The notes beneath the pieces were generated by a model. The model saw only the letters and a program-made list of their open reading frames with translations, was not told the DNA's origin and ran no database searches. 64,000 nt of DNA from an uncultured Elusimicrobia bacterium. Lineage in GTDB: Bacteria; Elusimicrobiota; Elusimicrobia; 2-01-FULL-59-12. This document shows positions 18,155-27,420 of the stretch, one piece after another. Each line of letters opens with the position of its first letter. The stretch's first letter is position 1. The translations under genes were made by a program, and so were the position numbers. The stretch is taken from the NCBI GenBank assembly GCA_963702895.1, contig OY969767.1:1120001-1184000 (forward strand), written 5' to 3'.

Positions 18155-21057
18155 GAGCGGGTGTGGTTCATCTCGAGAGAGAAGGCATCCTCATGCCTCT
18201 TCCGGAGGGGGCTCTTTCCATGGCGGATCTGGGTCGGTTTGTGCTCTTTGCGGCAGACATGGGCGAGCGTGCACCACGAGCAGTAGCCATACCCGTCGCT
18301 CGGACGGATGAAAAAGGAGCCTGACTCGATCTCTTGGACCAAAAAGCCTAATCTCTTGCGGAAGGGCTCGCCGTAGTCCTTCCAGAATTCCGGGCCAATC
18401 TCCAGCGGCATTTCGCTTTCTCCTAAACGATAGAACCGTGCTGAGCCGTTGCGAAAGGCCTTGTTCCCTTGTTTCTTCAACCATGCTTGGGCCAGGAGCA
18501 CATAGAGAGGCAGTTGGAAGCTTTTGCCCTTCAAGATGGCTGTTTCGACCTTCACGTTTTTCCCAATCCCGCCAGAGCCAGTTTTATAGTCTACAACCCG
18601 GAAAGCGTTCTCTTTCAGGTCTAAGCGATCAATCCGACCCTGGAGAAACAGCCCATCCACGACTTCAGCGAGGTTCAGCTCGAAATGGGTCGGCCGAAAG
18701 CCGCTTTCTTTCAGCTCGGCCCTATCTTGAGGTATAAAGCTGTGAAGTGTGCTTAGGATGGAGTTTTGCTCCGCCTGCCAAGCCAGAGGATAGAGCTCGG
18801 GATGCTCTTTGGCAAAGAGCTCCAACTCCTTTTCGGCCAATTGATCCATATTGACTTCGTCTGATTTCGAATAGCTTTGATAGATAAGCTCAAGTAACTT
18901 ATGAATGAGTTTTCCACGTCCTGCGAGGCTGAGCACTCCGTCTTCCACATCCCTTTGTTCGGTTTCGAGCCCCAGAACCTTCCGGCCATAGACCTTGAAG
19001 GGACACTCCGCCAAATCCTTTAAGGTGGCGGGGGATAAGCCCTTCGCCAGGAGCTTCCGGGAGAGCGGGTGGTCTTTCCCGATGAGCCCGTCATAGGCCC
19101 CCAGTGCCTTGAAGGATTCCATCTCGCGCTGCGACTGGAGGAGATGGTTCATCATGTCTCGGTCCCATCCTAAAGCCTCATAGAGGGTGTCGGTTTCACA
19201 GTCGTGCCTGTGGAAGGCGAGAGAAACCTCTTTCGGACGAAGCGTCCGGGCCGGGACCTGATGAATCTTTTCCAGCCATGTCCGGCGCAAGGATTGGAGC
19301 GCCACTTGGTTCTGGCGCAGATAGTCATGGAGGTAAAGCGATAGGACCAGCGCCTTGCCTTCTTCGTCGGAACGCTGGCAGGAGAGGTGCAAATGGCTCC
19401 TGGCCGATTGGATGGCGAGCTCAAAGAGCAATTTTTCTTCCTGGTAGCCGTCCATCTTGCGGCCCAGCCGGCAGCCGAGCGCTTGTGCGAGGGTCGACCG
19501 GGCCGCGTCGGAGAGGAACGGATCTTCACGAATCAGACGCGGGAAGAGTTTCTCATTCAAGCCCACAAGGAACACGGCTTCAAAGGAAAGCCCGCGCGCG
19601 CTCATGATGTCCATCACTTGAACGCCTGCGACATGGTCGGGGACAAGCGCCAGACGCAAGCCTTCGAGTTTTTCTTCCAGCACTTCGAGGAAGCGCGCGT
19701 AGGGCACTGGCTTCCCCAGCGCGTCGAGCTCGCTCAGGGATTCGACGGCCTCCAAGAGCCCTTCCCAAAGGCGGATTTCGACGTCCGTGGCGTCTTCTGG
19801 GAAATGAATCTTTGAGGAGAGAAGTTCCTTCGCCCGGCGGGTGTGCTCTGACCAGCTCGAAAGGATTTCCCCCTCCCTTGTCTCAGCCAAAAGGACCTCC
19901 CTTGCCCGCTTGACGAGCGGCCAAGCTCCGACGGGTTCCTCTGCATGGAGGGCATAGGGAATTCGGTGGTTTTCGAGGATTTCACGCAGGGTGCTCAGGT
20001 AAGGGTCTAAAGAGCGGGCGATCACTGCCATGTCGTCATACGGAACCCCCTGCTGGGCGAGTTCAAGGATCTTTTTTGCGGTGAGCCAGATTTCATCGTG
20101 GGTCCCGGAGCAGCTCCAGGCTTCTGTGGTTCGACCCGGCGAACCGGCCCCATCCACCTGTGGAGTGCTCGATGGTTGGGGCCGTCCCGACGAAATAGAT
20201 TCATAGGAGGACGGGACGGCGAGTGGGCGAACCGGCGCGGGAATCGATGGGTTGTTTCGCCGGCTCGCCGGGTCGCCGGCTCGCCGGCTCTGACTTTGAA
20301 AGGCTGGATCTTTCAGCAACAGCTCCGCATACCCGTAAGCGGGATGGCCTTCTTCGTAAGGAAAGTAGATCCTGGCATGGGGATGAGTCGAAAGCGCTCT
20401 GACCAGGTCGAGCTGCACGCCGGTGAGATCGTAGAAGCCATAGAGGTAAATCGCCTTCAGTTCTTGGATCCAGGGGGTCTCGGGGATGGCCGCGGCCGCT
20501 CGTCGGATCAAGTCCGCACTCGTTTGCAGGCGGTGGTCGTGGAGGACTTTATAGGTCAGGACATTGAGTTCCAAAATCGGCACCGCCCCTCCTGCTCCTT
20601 CACCGAGGTGACCTTCTCGGGCGACGTTGGCGCAATCGACGACGCGCGCGCCGGAATCCTGAAGGTCTTTGAGCGTTGCCGCAAGGGCCCCCGCCAGCCC
20701 TTTGGGAATCGGTGAGCCCGGATGCACCAGGGCGTCTTTGGAAAGGAAGGGCATCTGTGCCTCGCCCGAAAGGAAGTCATGCACGATTTCCCGGTAGAGC
20801 GTGGGCTCGGTGATCCTGTGCGTGTCCAAGGTGGACTCACTCACCCAAGCACGTTCCGCCAGCGCAAAAAAGGTCAGGAAATGGATGTTGAGGTACGCAT
20901 GGCTTTGGGCGAGTCGTCGTTGTAAGCGGTTCAAGATCTGGCCCGAGGGCGATAGAACCAGGACCCCGCCCAAGGGGTCGGACTTCTTCTGAGCTGCCAC
21001 ATCGCTAAGAAAAGCGTTTTCGAGAGAGGAATAGGTGCCGGTCGTGAGGTGGAACAT
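18151..21057 (-). CDS. addB: AddB-like helicase/nuclease subunit (C-terminal PD-(D/E)xK nuclease)
   Basis: YGFYDLT, ARGLSFEAVFLVGLNE, CPF...GRIDRLD..VVDYKTG, C-terminal CSWC..VC Fe-S cysteines; start reassigned to MFHLTTG. Confidence 0.85.
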   Translation of the reverse strand: MFHLTTGTYSSLENAFLSDVAAQKKSDPLGGVLVLSPSGQILNRLQRRLAQSHAYLNIHFLTFFALAERAWVSESTLDTHRITEPTLYREIVHDFLSGEAQMPFLSKDALVHPGSPIPKGLAGALAATLKDLQDSGARVVDCANVAREGHLGEGAGGAVPILELNVLTYKVLHDHRLQTSADLIRRAAAAIPETPWIQELKAIYLYGFYDLTGVQLDLVRALSTHPHARIYFPYEEGHPAYGYAELLLKDPAFQSQSRRAGDPASRRNNPSIPAPVRPLAVPSSYESISSGRPQPSSTPQVDGAGSPGRTTEAWSCSGTHDEIWLTAKKILELAQQGVPYDDMAVIARSLDPYLSTLREILENHRIPYALHAEEPVGAWPLVKRAREVLLAETREGEILSSWSEHTRRAKELLSSKIHFPEDATDVEIRLWEGLLEAVESLSELDALGKPVPYARFLEVLEEKLEGLRLALVPDHVAGVQVMDIMSARGLSFEAVFLVGLNEKLFPRLIREDPFLSDAARSTLAQALGCRLGRKMDGYQEEKLLFELAIQSARSHLHLSCQRSDEEGKALVLSLYLHDYLRQNQVALQSLRRTWLEKIHQVPARTLRPKEVSLAFHRHDCETDTLYEALGWDRDMMNHLLQSQREMESFKALGAYDGLIGKDHPLSRKLLAKGLSPATLKDLAECPFKVYGRKVLGLETEQRDVEDGVLSLAGRGKLIHKLLELIYQSYSKSDEVNMDQLAEKELELFAKEHPELYPLAWQAEQNSILSTLHSFIPQDRAELKESGFRPTHFELNLAEVVDGLFLQGRIDRLDLKENAFRVVDYKTGSGGIGKNVKVETAILKGKSFQLPLYVLLAQAWLKKQGNKAFRNGSARFYRLGESEMPLEIGPEFWKDYGEPFRKRLGFLVQEIESGSFFIRPSDGYGYCSWCTLAHVCRKEHKPTQIRHGKSPLRKRHEDAFSLEMNHTRS

Positions 21058-21068
21058 CCCCTGCCATT

Positions 21069-22322
21069 CTACATCAAGGCGGTGCCGACCATGAGAAGCG
21101 TCAGCACGATCATGACCCCACAGGTGGTGACGGCAATGATGTTGTAGAAGCGGGAATTCACATAGGCCCCCATGATCTGCTTTTTGTTGATCAAGCGGAG
21201 CATGTAGATGAGAATGAAGGGTAGAAGAACGCCTTGGATGACCTGAGACAGCAGCATGATGCGCCAGAGCGGTATCCGGGGCAAGAGAACGAAGCCGGAG
21301 CCTATGACAATCATGGCCCCGAAGAGCGTATAGAATTGAGGGGCTTCTTCGAACGAACGGTCCACGCCGGCTTCCCAACCCAAACCTTCGGAGACGTAGA
21401 AGGCGGTTGAAAGCGGTAGGACCGCCGCGGCGGCCAGAGAGGCCACCAAGAGGCCGATCCCAAAGAGGGCAAAACAATATTGTCCCGCGATGGGCTTGAG
21501 CGCCATGGCCGCAGACTGGGCATCGTCAATGCGGATGCCGTTTGTGAAGAGCGTCGCCGCGCAAGTGACCATGATGGAGAACGTGATAATGTTCGTCATG
21601 CCGCAGCCCGAGATGACGTCGAGCCGGCACATGGGATACTCCTCTTTGCGGATTCCTTTTTCGACCACCGAGCTTTGGAGATAGAACTGCATCCATGGGG
21701 TGATGGTCGTTCCCACCAGCCCGATGAGCACGACCACATAATGTTGGTTCCAGGTGATTCCGGAAGGCAACACCAGCTGCGTCAAGACTTCTTTCCATGG
21801 GGGGTGGACCATCCAAGCGGAGATCACATAACTCCCAAAGAAAACAATGGAGACAAGAAAAATCTTCTCAACATTCCGGTAGCTCCCTTTCGTGACGGTC
21901 CACCAGACAAACAGGGCCGCCAGCGGAACGGATACGTAGCGGGAGATATGGAACATCTCAAGACTGGCTGCGATCCCGGCGAATTCTGAGATGGTGGTCC
22001 CGATGTTTCCAATCAGGAGCCCGATCATCACGTAGAAGGTGGCTTTCACGCCGTAGTTTTCGCGGATGAGGTCCGCTAATCCCTTGCCTGTGACAGCCCC
22101 CATGCGCGCCGCCATTTCTTGGATGACGATGAGGGAGACCGTTAAGGGGAAGATCGTCCACAGCATGGTGTAGCCAAAATGCGAGCCCACGACGGAGCAC
22201 GTCGCAATCCCCCCCGCATCGTTGTCGATAAAGGCCGTGATCAGGCCAGGCCCCATGATCGCTAAAAAAAGGGCCATGCGCCGGAAGAAAGCGGAGAGTT
22301 TGTTGGGTCGCAGGTCGTACAT
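21069..22322 (-). CDS. Nramp-family divalent metal transporter
   Basis: GPGLITAFIDNDAGGIAT, QEMAARMG, GTTITPWMQFY; many TM helices. Confidence 0.9.
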   Translation of the reverse strand: MYDLRPNKLSAFFRRMALFLAIMGPGLITAFIDNDAGGIATCSVVGSHFGYTMLWTIFPLTVSLIVIQEMAARMGAVTGKGLADLIRENYGVKATFYVMIGLLIGNIGTTISEFAGIAASLEMFHISRYVSVPLAALFVWWTVTKGSYRNVEKIFLVSIVFFGSYVISAWMVHPPWKEVLTQLVLPSGITWNQHYVVVLIGLVGTTITPWMQFYLQSSVVEKGIRKEEYPMCRLDVISGCGMTNIITFSIMVTCAATLFTNGIRIDDAQSAAMALKPIAGQYCFALFGIGLLVASLAAAAVLPLSTAFYVSEGLGWEAGVDRSFEEAPQFYTLFGAMIVIGSGFVLLPRIPLWRIMLLSQVIQGVLLPFILIYMLRLINKKQIMGAYVNSRFYNIIAVTTCGVMIVLTLLMVGTALM

Positions 22323-22324
22323 GA

Positions 22325-23620
22325 TCAGCCCCCCGCGTGTTTCTTGCCTGAACGCCTGCGCCAGGCGATGGGGATGACCAGGTGCAAGATATCGTCGACT
22401 GTGATAATGCCCTGCAGTTGTTTTTCCTTGTTGACGACCGGAAGGGCAGAGACTTTGTACTTGTCCATGAGGAAAGCGACTTCTTTGAGCGGGGTGTCGA
22501 GATACACGTACACCGGTTTGGGGAACACGGTCTGCTCCACGGGAATCGCGGGATCAGCGGCGATGAGCCGACGCAGGGTCGTCGTCCCCATGAGTTGCTT
22601 GGTTTCGCTCGTGACGTAGAGGTAATAAATGGTTTCAAGCTCAGGTGTCTTTTCCTTAATCAAGGCCAGGGTCTGCTCGACGGAGAGGTCTTTCGGGATC
22701 TCGAGAAATTCGGTGGTCATGATGCCGCCGGCTTCGTCTTCTTCGTAGCCGAGGAGTTTGGAAAGCTTTTTGGCTTGGTTGGATTCCATCAGGGAGAGGA
22801 ACTGCTTCGACTGGTTCTCCGGCATCTCGCCGAGCAAGTCGACCGCCTCATCGGCACTCATCCTGGAAAGGAGCTCGACGGCTTCCCGGGTCTCCAGGTT
22901 CTCAAGCAGCTGCTCCTGCTGCTGGAAGTCCAGGCGCTCAAAGAGCCTGGCGCGATGGTGCGGGTCGGCCGTGCGAAACAAAGCGATCCTTTGATGGATA
23001 TCCAGACTGACGATGATCTCACCCAGGTCGGCGGGAGGAATCTTCTCCAATTGTTTGGCGGTGAGGTCCATATGAATGGGGTCGCTGGGGTCGAGCGTGA
23101 TCGTTTTGACAAATTTCCAACTGACCAGAGTTTCGGTTTCGAGATACGGCGATCGGGGTCGTACCCACCGCACGAGGCGATCCACCCCGAGCTGCCACCC
23201 CAGGCGCCTGACGAGGCCGCGGGTGCCAATATCCACATGCACGACACGCAGGGGCGACACCTGCAGCATATGGACGTCATTGACCCGGATCACTTTGTGG
23301 TTATGGATGTCGACGACTTGTTGGTCGAGAATGTCTTTGCGAATGCGGTAGACGTCGGCATGGAGTTCCGGGGTAAAAACGAGGCCGGCTGAAAGTCCAT
23401 TGAACTGGATGCGGCCGTCGGACACCGTCACGTCCTTCGCCGCGAGCTCCGCGTAGCGCTTGTGCCATGTTCCACGCGAAAGGATGACCTGCGTCACGGG
23501 GGGATAAGGATCTTGCGGGTTGATCACGAAGTCATGAAGATGTCCCGCCGCGCGACCGTTGGTGTCATAAACGGTCTTTCCCATCAGGTCGGCGAAGTAC
23601 AGGAAAGACGATTCAGGCAT
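22325..23620 (-). CDS. MgtE N-domain/CBS-domain protein (no MgtE membrane part)
   Basis: PADLGEI, AGGIMTTEF, YYLYV, ALPVV..GIITVDD; N-terminal PRC-barrel-like region. Confidence 0.85.
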   Translation of the reverse strand: MPESSFLYFADLMGKTVYDTNGRAAGHLHDFVINPQDPYPPVTQVILSRGTWHKRYAELAAKDVTVSDGRIQFNGLSAGLVFTPELHADVYRIRKDILDQQVVDIHNHKVIRVNDVHMLQVSPLRVVHVDIGTRGLVRRLGWQLGVDRLVRWVRPRSPYLETETLVSWKFVKTITLDPSDPIHMDLTAKQLEKIPPADLGEIIVSLDIHQRIALFRTADPHHRARLFERLDFQQQEQLLENLETREAVELLSRMSADEAVDLLGEMPENQSKQFLSLMESNQAKKLSKLLGYEEDEAGGIMTTEFLEIPKDLSVEQTLALIKEKTPELETIYYLYVTSETKQLMGTTTLRRLIAADPAIPVEQTVFPKPVYVYLDTPLKEVAFLMDKYKVSALPVVNKEKQLQGIITVDDILHLVIPIAWRRRSGKKHAGG

Positions 23621-25271
23621 GCCGTGGTTCCTGCTGTTTCTCTCGTCGGATCATAGACCAGAAGGGGCCCCATTCCTCCATCTGAAGAAGCCTTGCCATC
23701 AGCATATAAACGGCCGCGCCGCCGCCAATCGTCAACACAAGACCGAAGGCCCGGATGAAGTATCTCGTCCCATCCAGCGCCGCGCGCTCCGCCGGAGGAA
23801 GCTGCATGACGGCCCAGGCAAAGAGCGCCATCACCGCCGAAGCCGCCAGGGACTTTAGAAGTGTGCGGAAAATGCGCCGACCGCCGAGGAGGCCGATGCG
23901 TCTTCGGAGAAGAAGAAATAGGGCCCCCGCATTCGCCCATGCCGCGATGGAAGTCGCAAGCGCAAGAGAGGCCACGCCGATTTTGCCGTTGAGGGCGCTC
24001 GCCCATTCGGGATGGGAAAGGCTCAGTCGTGAGCGGGCATAGAGGGTCAAGAGATTCAGCACGATATTGAGGACCACGCAAACACTGGCGATGGTGACGG
24101 GGGTTCGGGTGGTCTGCTGCGCGTAGAAAGCGGCCGCCAGAATCTTGACGGCGGCATAGGCGAAAAGCCCCGACGCGAAGGCGGCGAGCGACCAGCTGGT
24201 GAGGAGGCTGGCTTCACTCGAGAACTTTCCGTACTGGAACAGAACCTGTGTGATGGGATGGCCCAGGACCAGGAGCCCGACCGTCGCGGGCACAATCATG
24301 AAAAGCGTAAGCCTCAGGGAAAAGTTTAAGATCTCTTTTACTTCGTGCATGTCGCGGCGGGCTGCAGCGGCGGACATGGACGGGAGCGCCACTTGCGAAA
24401 GCGCGATTCCGAAGAGTGCCAGCGGCAGCTGCATCACCCGGTTCGAATAGTAGAGCGCGGTGACCGACCCGACACTGAGAAAGGTCGCCATCATCGTGAC
24501 CACAAAGGCGTTCACTTGGTCTGCCGCAACGCCGAGGGTGGCAGGCAGAATGAGTCGTCCTACGCGACGCACATCCTGGTGGCGGGGGTCCCAGCGCAGG
24601 CGTAAAGTCAAGTTCTGTTTCAGCAGGGCTGGCACGAGCACCCAGAACTGACCGAATCCTCCCACGGCGACGCTGATCGCAAGCCCCACCACCGCTTGCT
24701 GGCCACTGAGGTGAGCGATCCAGAGAAAACCAATGTAGAGTATTTCAGAGACGCTTAAGCAGGCAGGGGCGAGCGCGGGAAGGAAAAAGGAACGGTAGGT
24801 ATTCAAGACACCCGTGATCAGCGCCGCCAGGCATATAAAGAGCATGAAGGGGAACATATAGCGCGTCAAGATCACGGTGAACGCGAATTGTTCGGAGCCT
24901 GGTTCGAACCCTCGGGCGATGAGACGGGTCAGTTGTGGCGCAAAAAGGATTCCCAGGATCGTGATCGCGGAAAGAAGGACCAGCAACGTTGTGAACATCG
25001 TATTGAGAAAACGCTGGGTTTCTTCGTGGGTCTTCGTTTCCGTGTATTCCGAAAAGACCGGCACAAAGGAGGCCGAAAGCGCGCCTTCCCCCAGAAGCCG
25101 TCGGAAGAGGTTGGAAATGCGAAATGCAGTGTAAAACGCGTCAGCGGCGGGACCCGCGCCAAAGAAAGCGGCGACCAGGGTGTCGCGAACGTAGCCGAGC
25201 ACGCGGGACAGAAGCGTGGCGCCCGTAAAAATACCCGCGGAGCGGGCGAGATGGTGCTGAGGAGAGCTCAT
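23613..25271 (-). CDS. murJ: Lipid II flippase MurJ
   Basis: SRVLGYVRD, ADAFYTAFRISNLFRRLLGEGALSASFVP, RVMQLPLALFG. Confidence 0.95.
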   Translation of the reverse strand: MSSPQHHLARSAGIFTGATLLSRVLGYVRDTLVAAFFGAGPAADAFYTAFRISNLFRRLLGEGALSASFVPVFSEYTETKTHEETQRFLNTMFTTLLVLLSAITILGILFAPQLTRLIARGFEPGSEQFAFTVILTRYMFPFMLFICLAALITGVLNTYRSFFLPALAPACLSVSEILYIGFLWIAHLSGQQAVVGLAISVAVGGFGQFWVLVPALLKQNLTLRLRWDPRHQDVRRVGRLILPATLGVAADQVNAFVVTMMATFLSVGSVTALYYSNRVMQLPLALFGIALSQVALPSMSAAAARRDMHEVKEILNFSLRLTLFMIVPATVGLLVLGHPITQVLFQYGKFSSEASLLTSWSLAAFASGLFAYAAVKILAAAFYAQQTTRTPVTIASVCVVLNIVLNLLTLYARSRLSLSHPEWASALNGKIGVASLALATSIAAWANAGALFLLLRRRIGLLGGRRIFRTLLKSLAASAVMALFAWAVMQLPPAERAALDGTRYFIRAFGLVLTIGGGAAVYMLMARLLQMEEWGPFWSMIRREKQQEPRHA

Positions 25272-25300
25272 TGACTTTGCCTGTTTCAATGGGATACGAT
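25271..25300 (+). promoter_or_regulatory. Putative rpsT promoter
   Basis: TTGACT, 18-nt spacer, TACGAT just upstream of ATG 25312. Confidence 0.45.
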
Positions 25301-25311
25301 ACCACTTCCTT

Positions 25312-25602
25312 ATGGCGAAATTAAAGACAGGTCGTCACACTTCAGCACTCAAAGCGCACCGGCAGTCGGTCCGCCACGCCGAACATAATGTCGGCGTCCG
25401 GAGCGCCATTCGCACCCTTGCCCGCAAGGTGGAGTCAGCAGTCGCCGCGAAAGATGCGAAGTCCGCTAAAAGTCTTCTGGACGAGGCCTTTTCGGCCTGG
25501 GACAAGGCTGCCAAGAGCGGTATTGTCCACTGGCGAGCGGCCTCCCGCAAGAAGTCAAGACTGGCGGCCCGCATAAGCACCCTCGCTCCGGCAAAGGCCT
25601 AG
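25312..25602 (+). CDS. rpsT: 30S ribosomal protein S20
   Basis: SALKAHRQS..N..RSAIRT..DKAAKSGIVH..AASRKKSRL. Confidence 0.95.
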   Translation: MAKLKTGRHTSALKAHRQSVRHAEHNVGVRSAIRTLARKVESAVAAKDAKSAKSLLDEAFSAWDKAAKSGIVHWRAASRKKSRLAARISTLAPAKA

Positions 25603-26589
25603 CGTCAGAAGCGTTAGGGACATTTCCGGCATTTCCTTCCCCGACTTAATCGATTCTTCGGCTTCCAAGCAAAGGCTCAGGCTTTCCGTAAGGTCTTCCA
25701 TACTCCAGCGGGACAATTCCTGAAGAAAACGGTTTTCTTCTCCCTTTCGAATATGAAAACGCATCGCTAGGACCGCTGCCGGTTCATCGGAGTTTCTGGC
25801 GTCAAGCCACTCCCGGAGCGATCGCGAAGCCAGGGCCAGAAGACGCAGGGGCTCTTCCCCGCCTTCCATCAGCTCATCCAGAACGGCCAGGGCCCTGGAG
25901 AGATCCTGTTTGCGGATGGAGGCGATCCATTCGAAAGGTGAGGCGGCCTTGCTGTAGCCGAAAGAAGCTTGCACATCTTCCAGGTTGATCTCCCGGGCCT
26001 CACCGACGTATGTGGCGCATTTGGCGAGCTCATGGTCAAGAAGCCTCAGCCCTTCTCCGGACTGCTGGATCAACCAGTGGGCAGCCTGCGCATGTAAGTT
26101 TTTCTTGTAAAGTTTGGCCCGTTCCGTGAGCCAGCGCTCAGCCTGCGCGGGGAAAAGCGGCCAGAAGATCACGATCTGCCCGAGCTTTGAAACGGCCTCG
26201 ATAAGCGGTCGTTGAGCGTCGTCTCGCCTCCATTCCCTTCCCCAGACCAAAAGGCATGGTGTTTCGCGGTCCAGCGTCGTCAAGGTCTCGGAGAGCCGTT
26301 CCTGTTCTTTGGGGGAGAGTTGACTCACATTGTGGATGACCAGGACGCGCCTTGAGCCGAAAAAGGGAACGGTGTGAGCGGCTTGAAGGATGTCCTCAAG
26401 GGGTTGGATCGCGGCGTCGAGTTTATCCAACTGGAGCGGATCGGGACGTCCGCCAAGCCAGTGATCGATGGCCTTTTGGATGGCGGCCTCAATTAAGAAA
26501 TCTTCCTGCCCAGAAAACAGATAGACGGCTTTCCACTGCTGTCTGGCCCATTGACCCCAAAGATCGTCGGCTTTGATGGGCGCGCCCAT
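25555..26589 (-). CDS. holA: DNA polymerase III subunit delta
   Basis: VYLFSGQEDFL, PFFGSRRVLVI, ELAKC; canonical leuS-lptE-holA-rpsT synteny; start reassigned to MGAPIK. Confidence 0.88.
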   Translation of the reverse strand: MGAPIKADDLWGQWARQQWKAVYLFSGQEDFLIEAAIQKAIDHWLGGRPDPLQLDKLDAAIQPLEDILQAAHTVPFFGSRRVLVIHNVSQLSPKEQERLSETLTTLDRETPCLLVWGREWRRDDAQRPLIEAVSKLGQIVIFWPLFPAQAERWLTERAKLYKKNLHAQAAHWLIQQSGEGLRLLDHELAKCATYVGEAREINLEDVQASFGYSKAASPFEWIASIRKQDLSRALAVLDELMEGGEEPLRLLALASRSLREWLDARNSDEPAAVLAMRFHIRKGEENRFLQELSRWSMEDLTESLSLCLEAEESIKSGKEMPEMSLTLLTLGLCRSEGAYAGRQS

Positions 26590-26596
26590 GGAGGAC

Positions 26597-27409
26597 TTAA
26601 TACGGAATTCGGGTGGGTGAAGGTGCGTTCGGCTGTTGGTTCGGCGGCGGAGGTGGACTGTTGCTCGGGAACGTCGGCAAGGAGTTGTAATCTTCAGGGC
26701 TTGATTTCGGAACGGATCTCTCGGAGGCGCCCGTGACCGTGCCAAAGCCTTCCAAAGTCCGGGTGCGGATATCTCGGGAAAGCTGGTCCCAGATGGTCTG
26801 CCGCGCTTCCTCTTCCGTGAGGGACCCCTCATAGCCGGACGAGGCCACATAATAGCGAAGTTCCCCGTTCATGTTGGGTTCTGTCCAAAGAGTGAGGTTC
26901 TTGATTTTGTCATAAAAGGTTACGTTCGCCAGGATCCACAGTTTGTACTCCGTGGGAACTTGGTTGGAGTCATAGCTCAAGGGCTCCAGGATATAGCGGG
27001 TGATATCGCCGATCACCACGCCGTCGGCCTGGTCTTCGGTCGTGATCTGGTAACGACCATCCCGGTTGAATTCGGATTGAACGGCCAGTGTCAGTTTGTC
27101 TTCAAGACCATACTGCTGGGTGTGATTGGTGAAAGGCCGTACCGCGAGTTTGGCGATGTGCTGCGGAAGAATCTGAGGAGCCGGGTTGTAGTAATACTTG
27201 GAGCAACCGGTCATGACAAAAGTGACGAGCAATGAGCAATGAGCGATGAGGATGATTAGGTGACGGTTCGGCAATTTAAGCCTAGTGAAATACGGCTCCA
27301 AAGCCGTCATTCCGGCGAAAGCCGGAATCCATGGTCGTTGACGCTTATGGACCCCGGCTTCCGCCGGGGTGACGTCAGAGGTGTGATTCACTAGTCTCAG
27401 TTTTCTCAT
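26597..27409 (-). CDS. lptE: LptE-family lipoprotein
   Basis: Lipobox-like MTGC; position between leuS and holA; N-terminus contains repeat-derived sequence, so the start is uncertain. Confidence 0.75.
   Translation of the reverse strand: MRKLRLVNHTSDVTPAEAGVHKRQRPWIPAFAGMTALEPYFTRLKLPNRHLIILIAHCSLLVTFVMTGCSKYYYNPAPQILPQHIAKLAVRPFTNHTQQYGLEDKLTLAVQSEFNRDGRYQITTEDQADGVVIGDITRYILEPLSYDSNQVPTEYKLWILANVTFYDKIKNLTLWTEPNMNGELRYYVASSGYEGSLTEEEARQTIWDQLSRDIRTRTLEGFGTVTGASERSVPKSSPEDYNSLPTFPSNSPPPPPNQQPNAPSPTRIPY
27305..27374. repeat. REP doublet (GTCATTCCGGCGAAAGCCGGAATCCA / TGGACCCCGGCTTCCGCCGGGGTGAC)
   Basis: Two inverted hairpin copies inside the 5' part of the lptE ORF. Confidence 0.85.
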
Positions 27410-27420
27410 TGCTCACAACT

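Noticed and set aside
21058..21477. N-terminal extension of AddB in the ORF track
   Set aside because: It overlaps the Nramp gene in another frame; MFHLTTG at 21057 fits the operon spacing.
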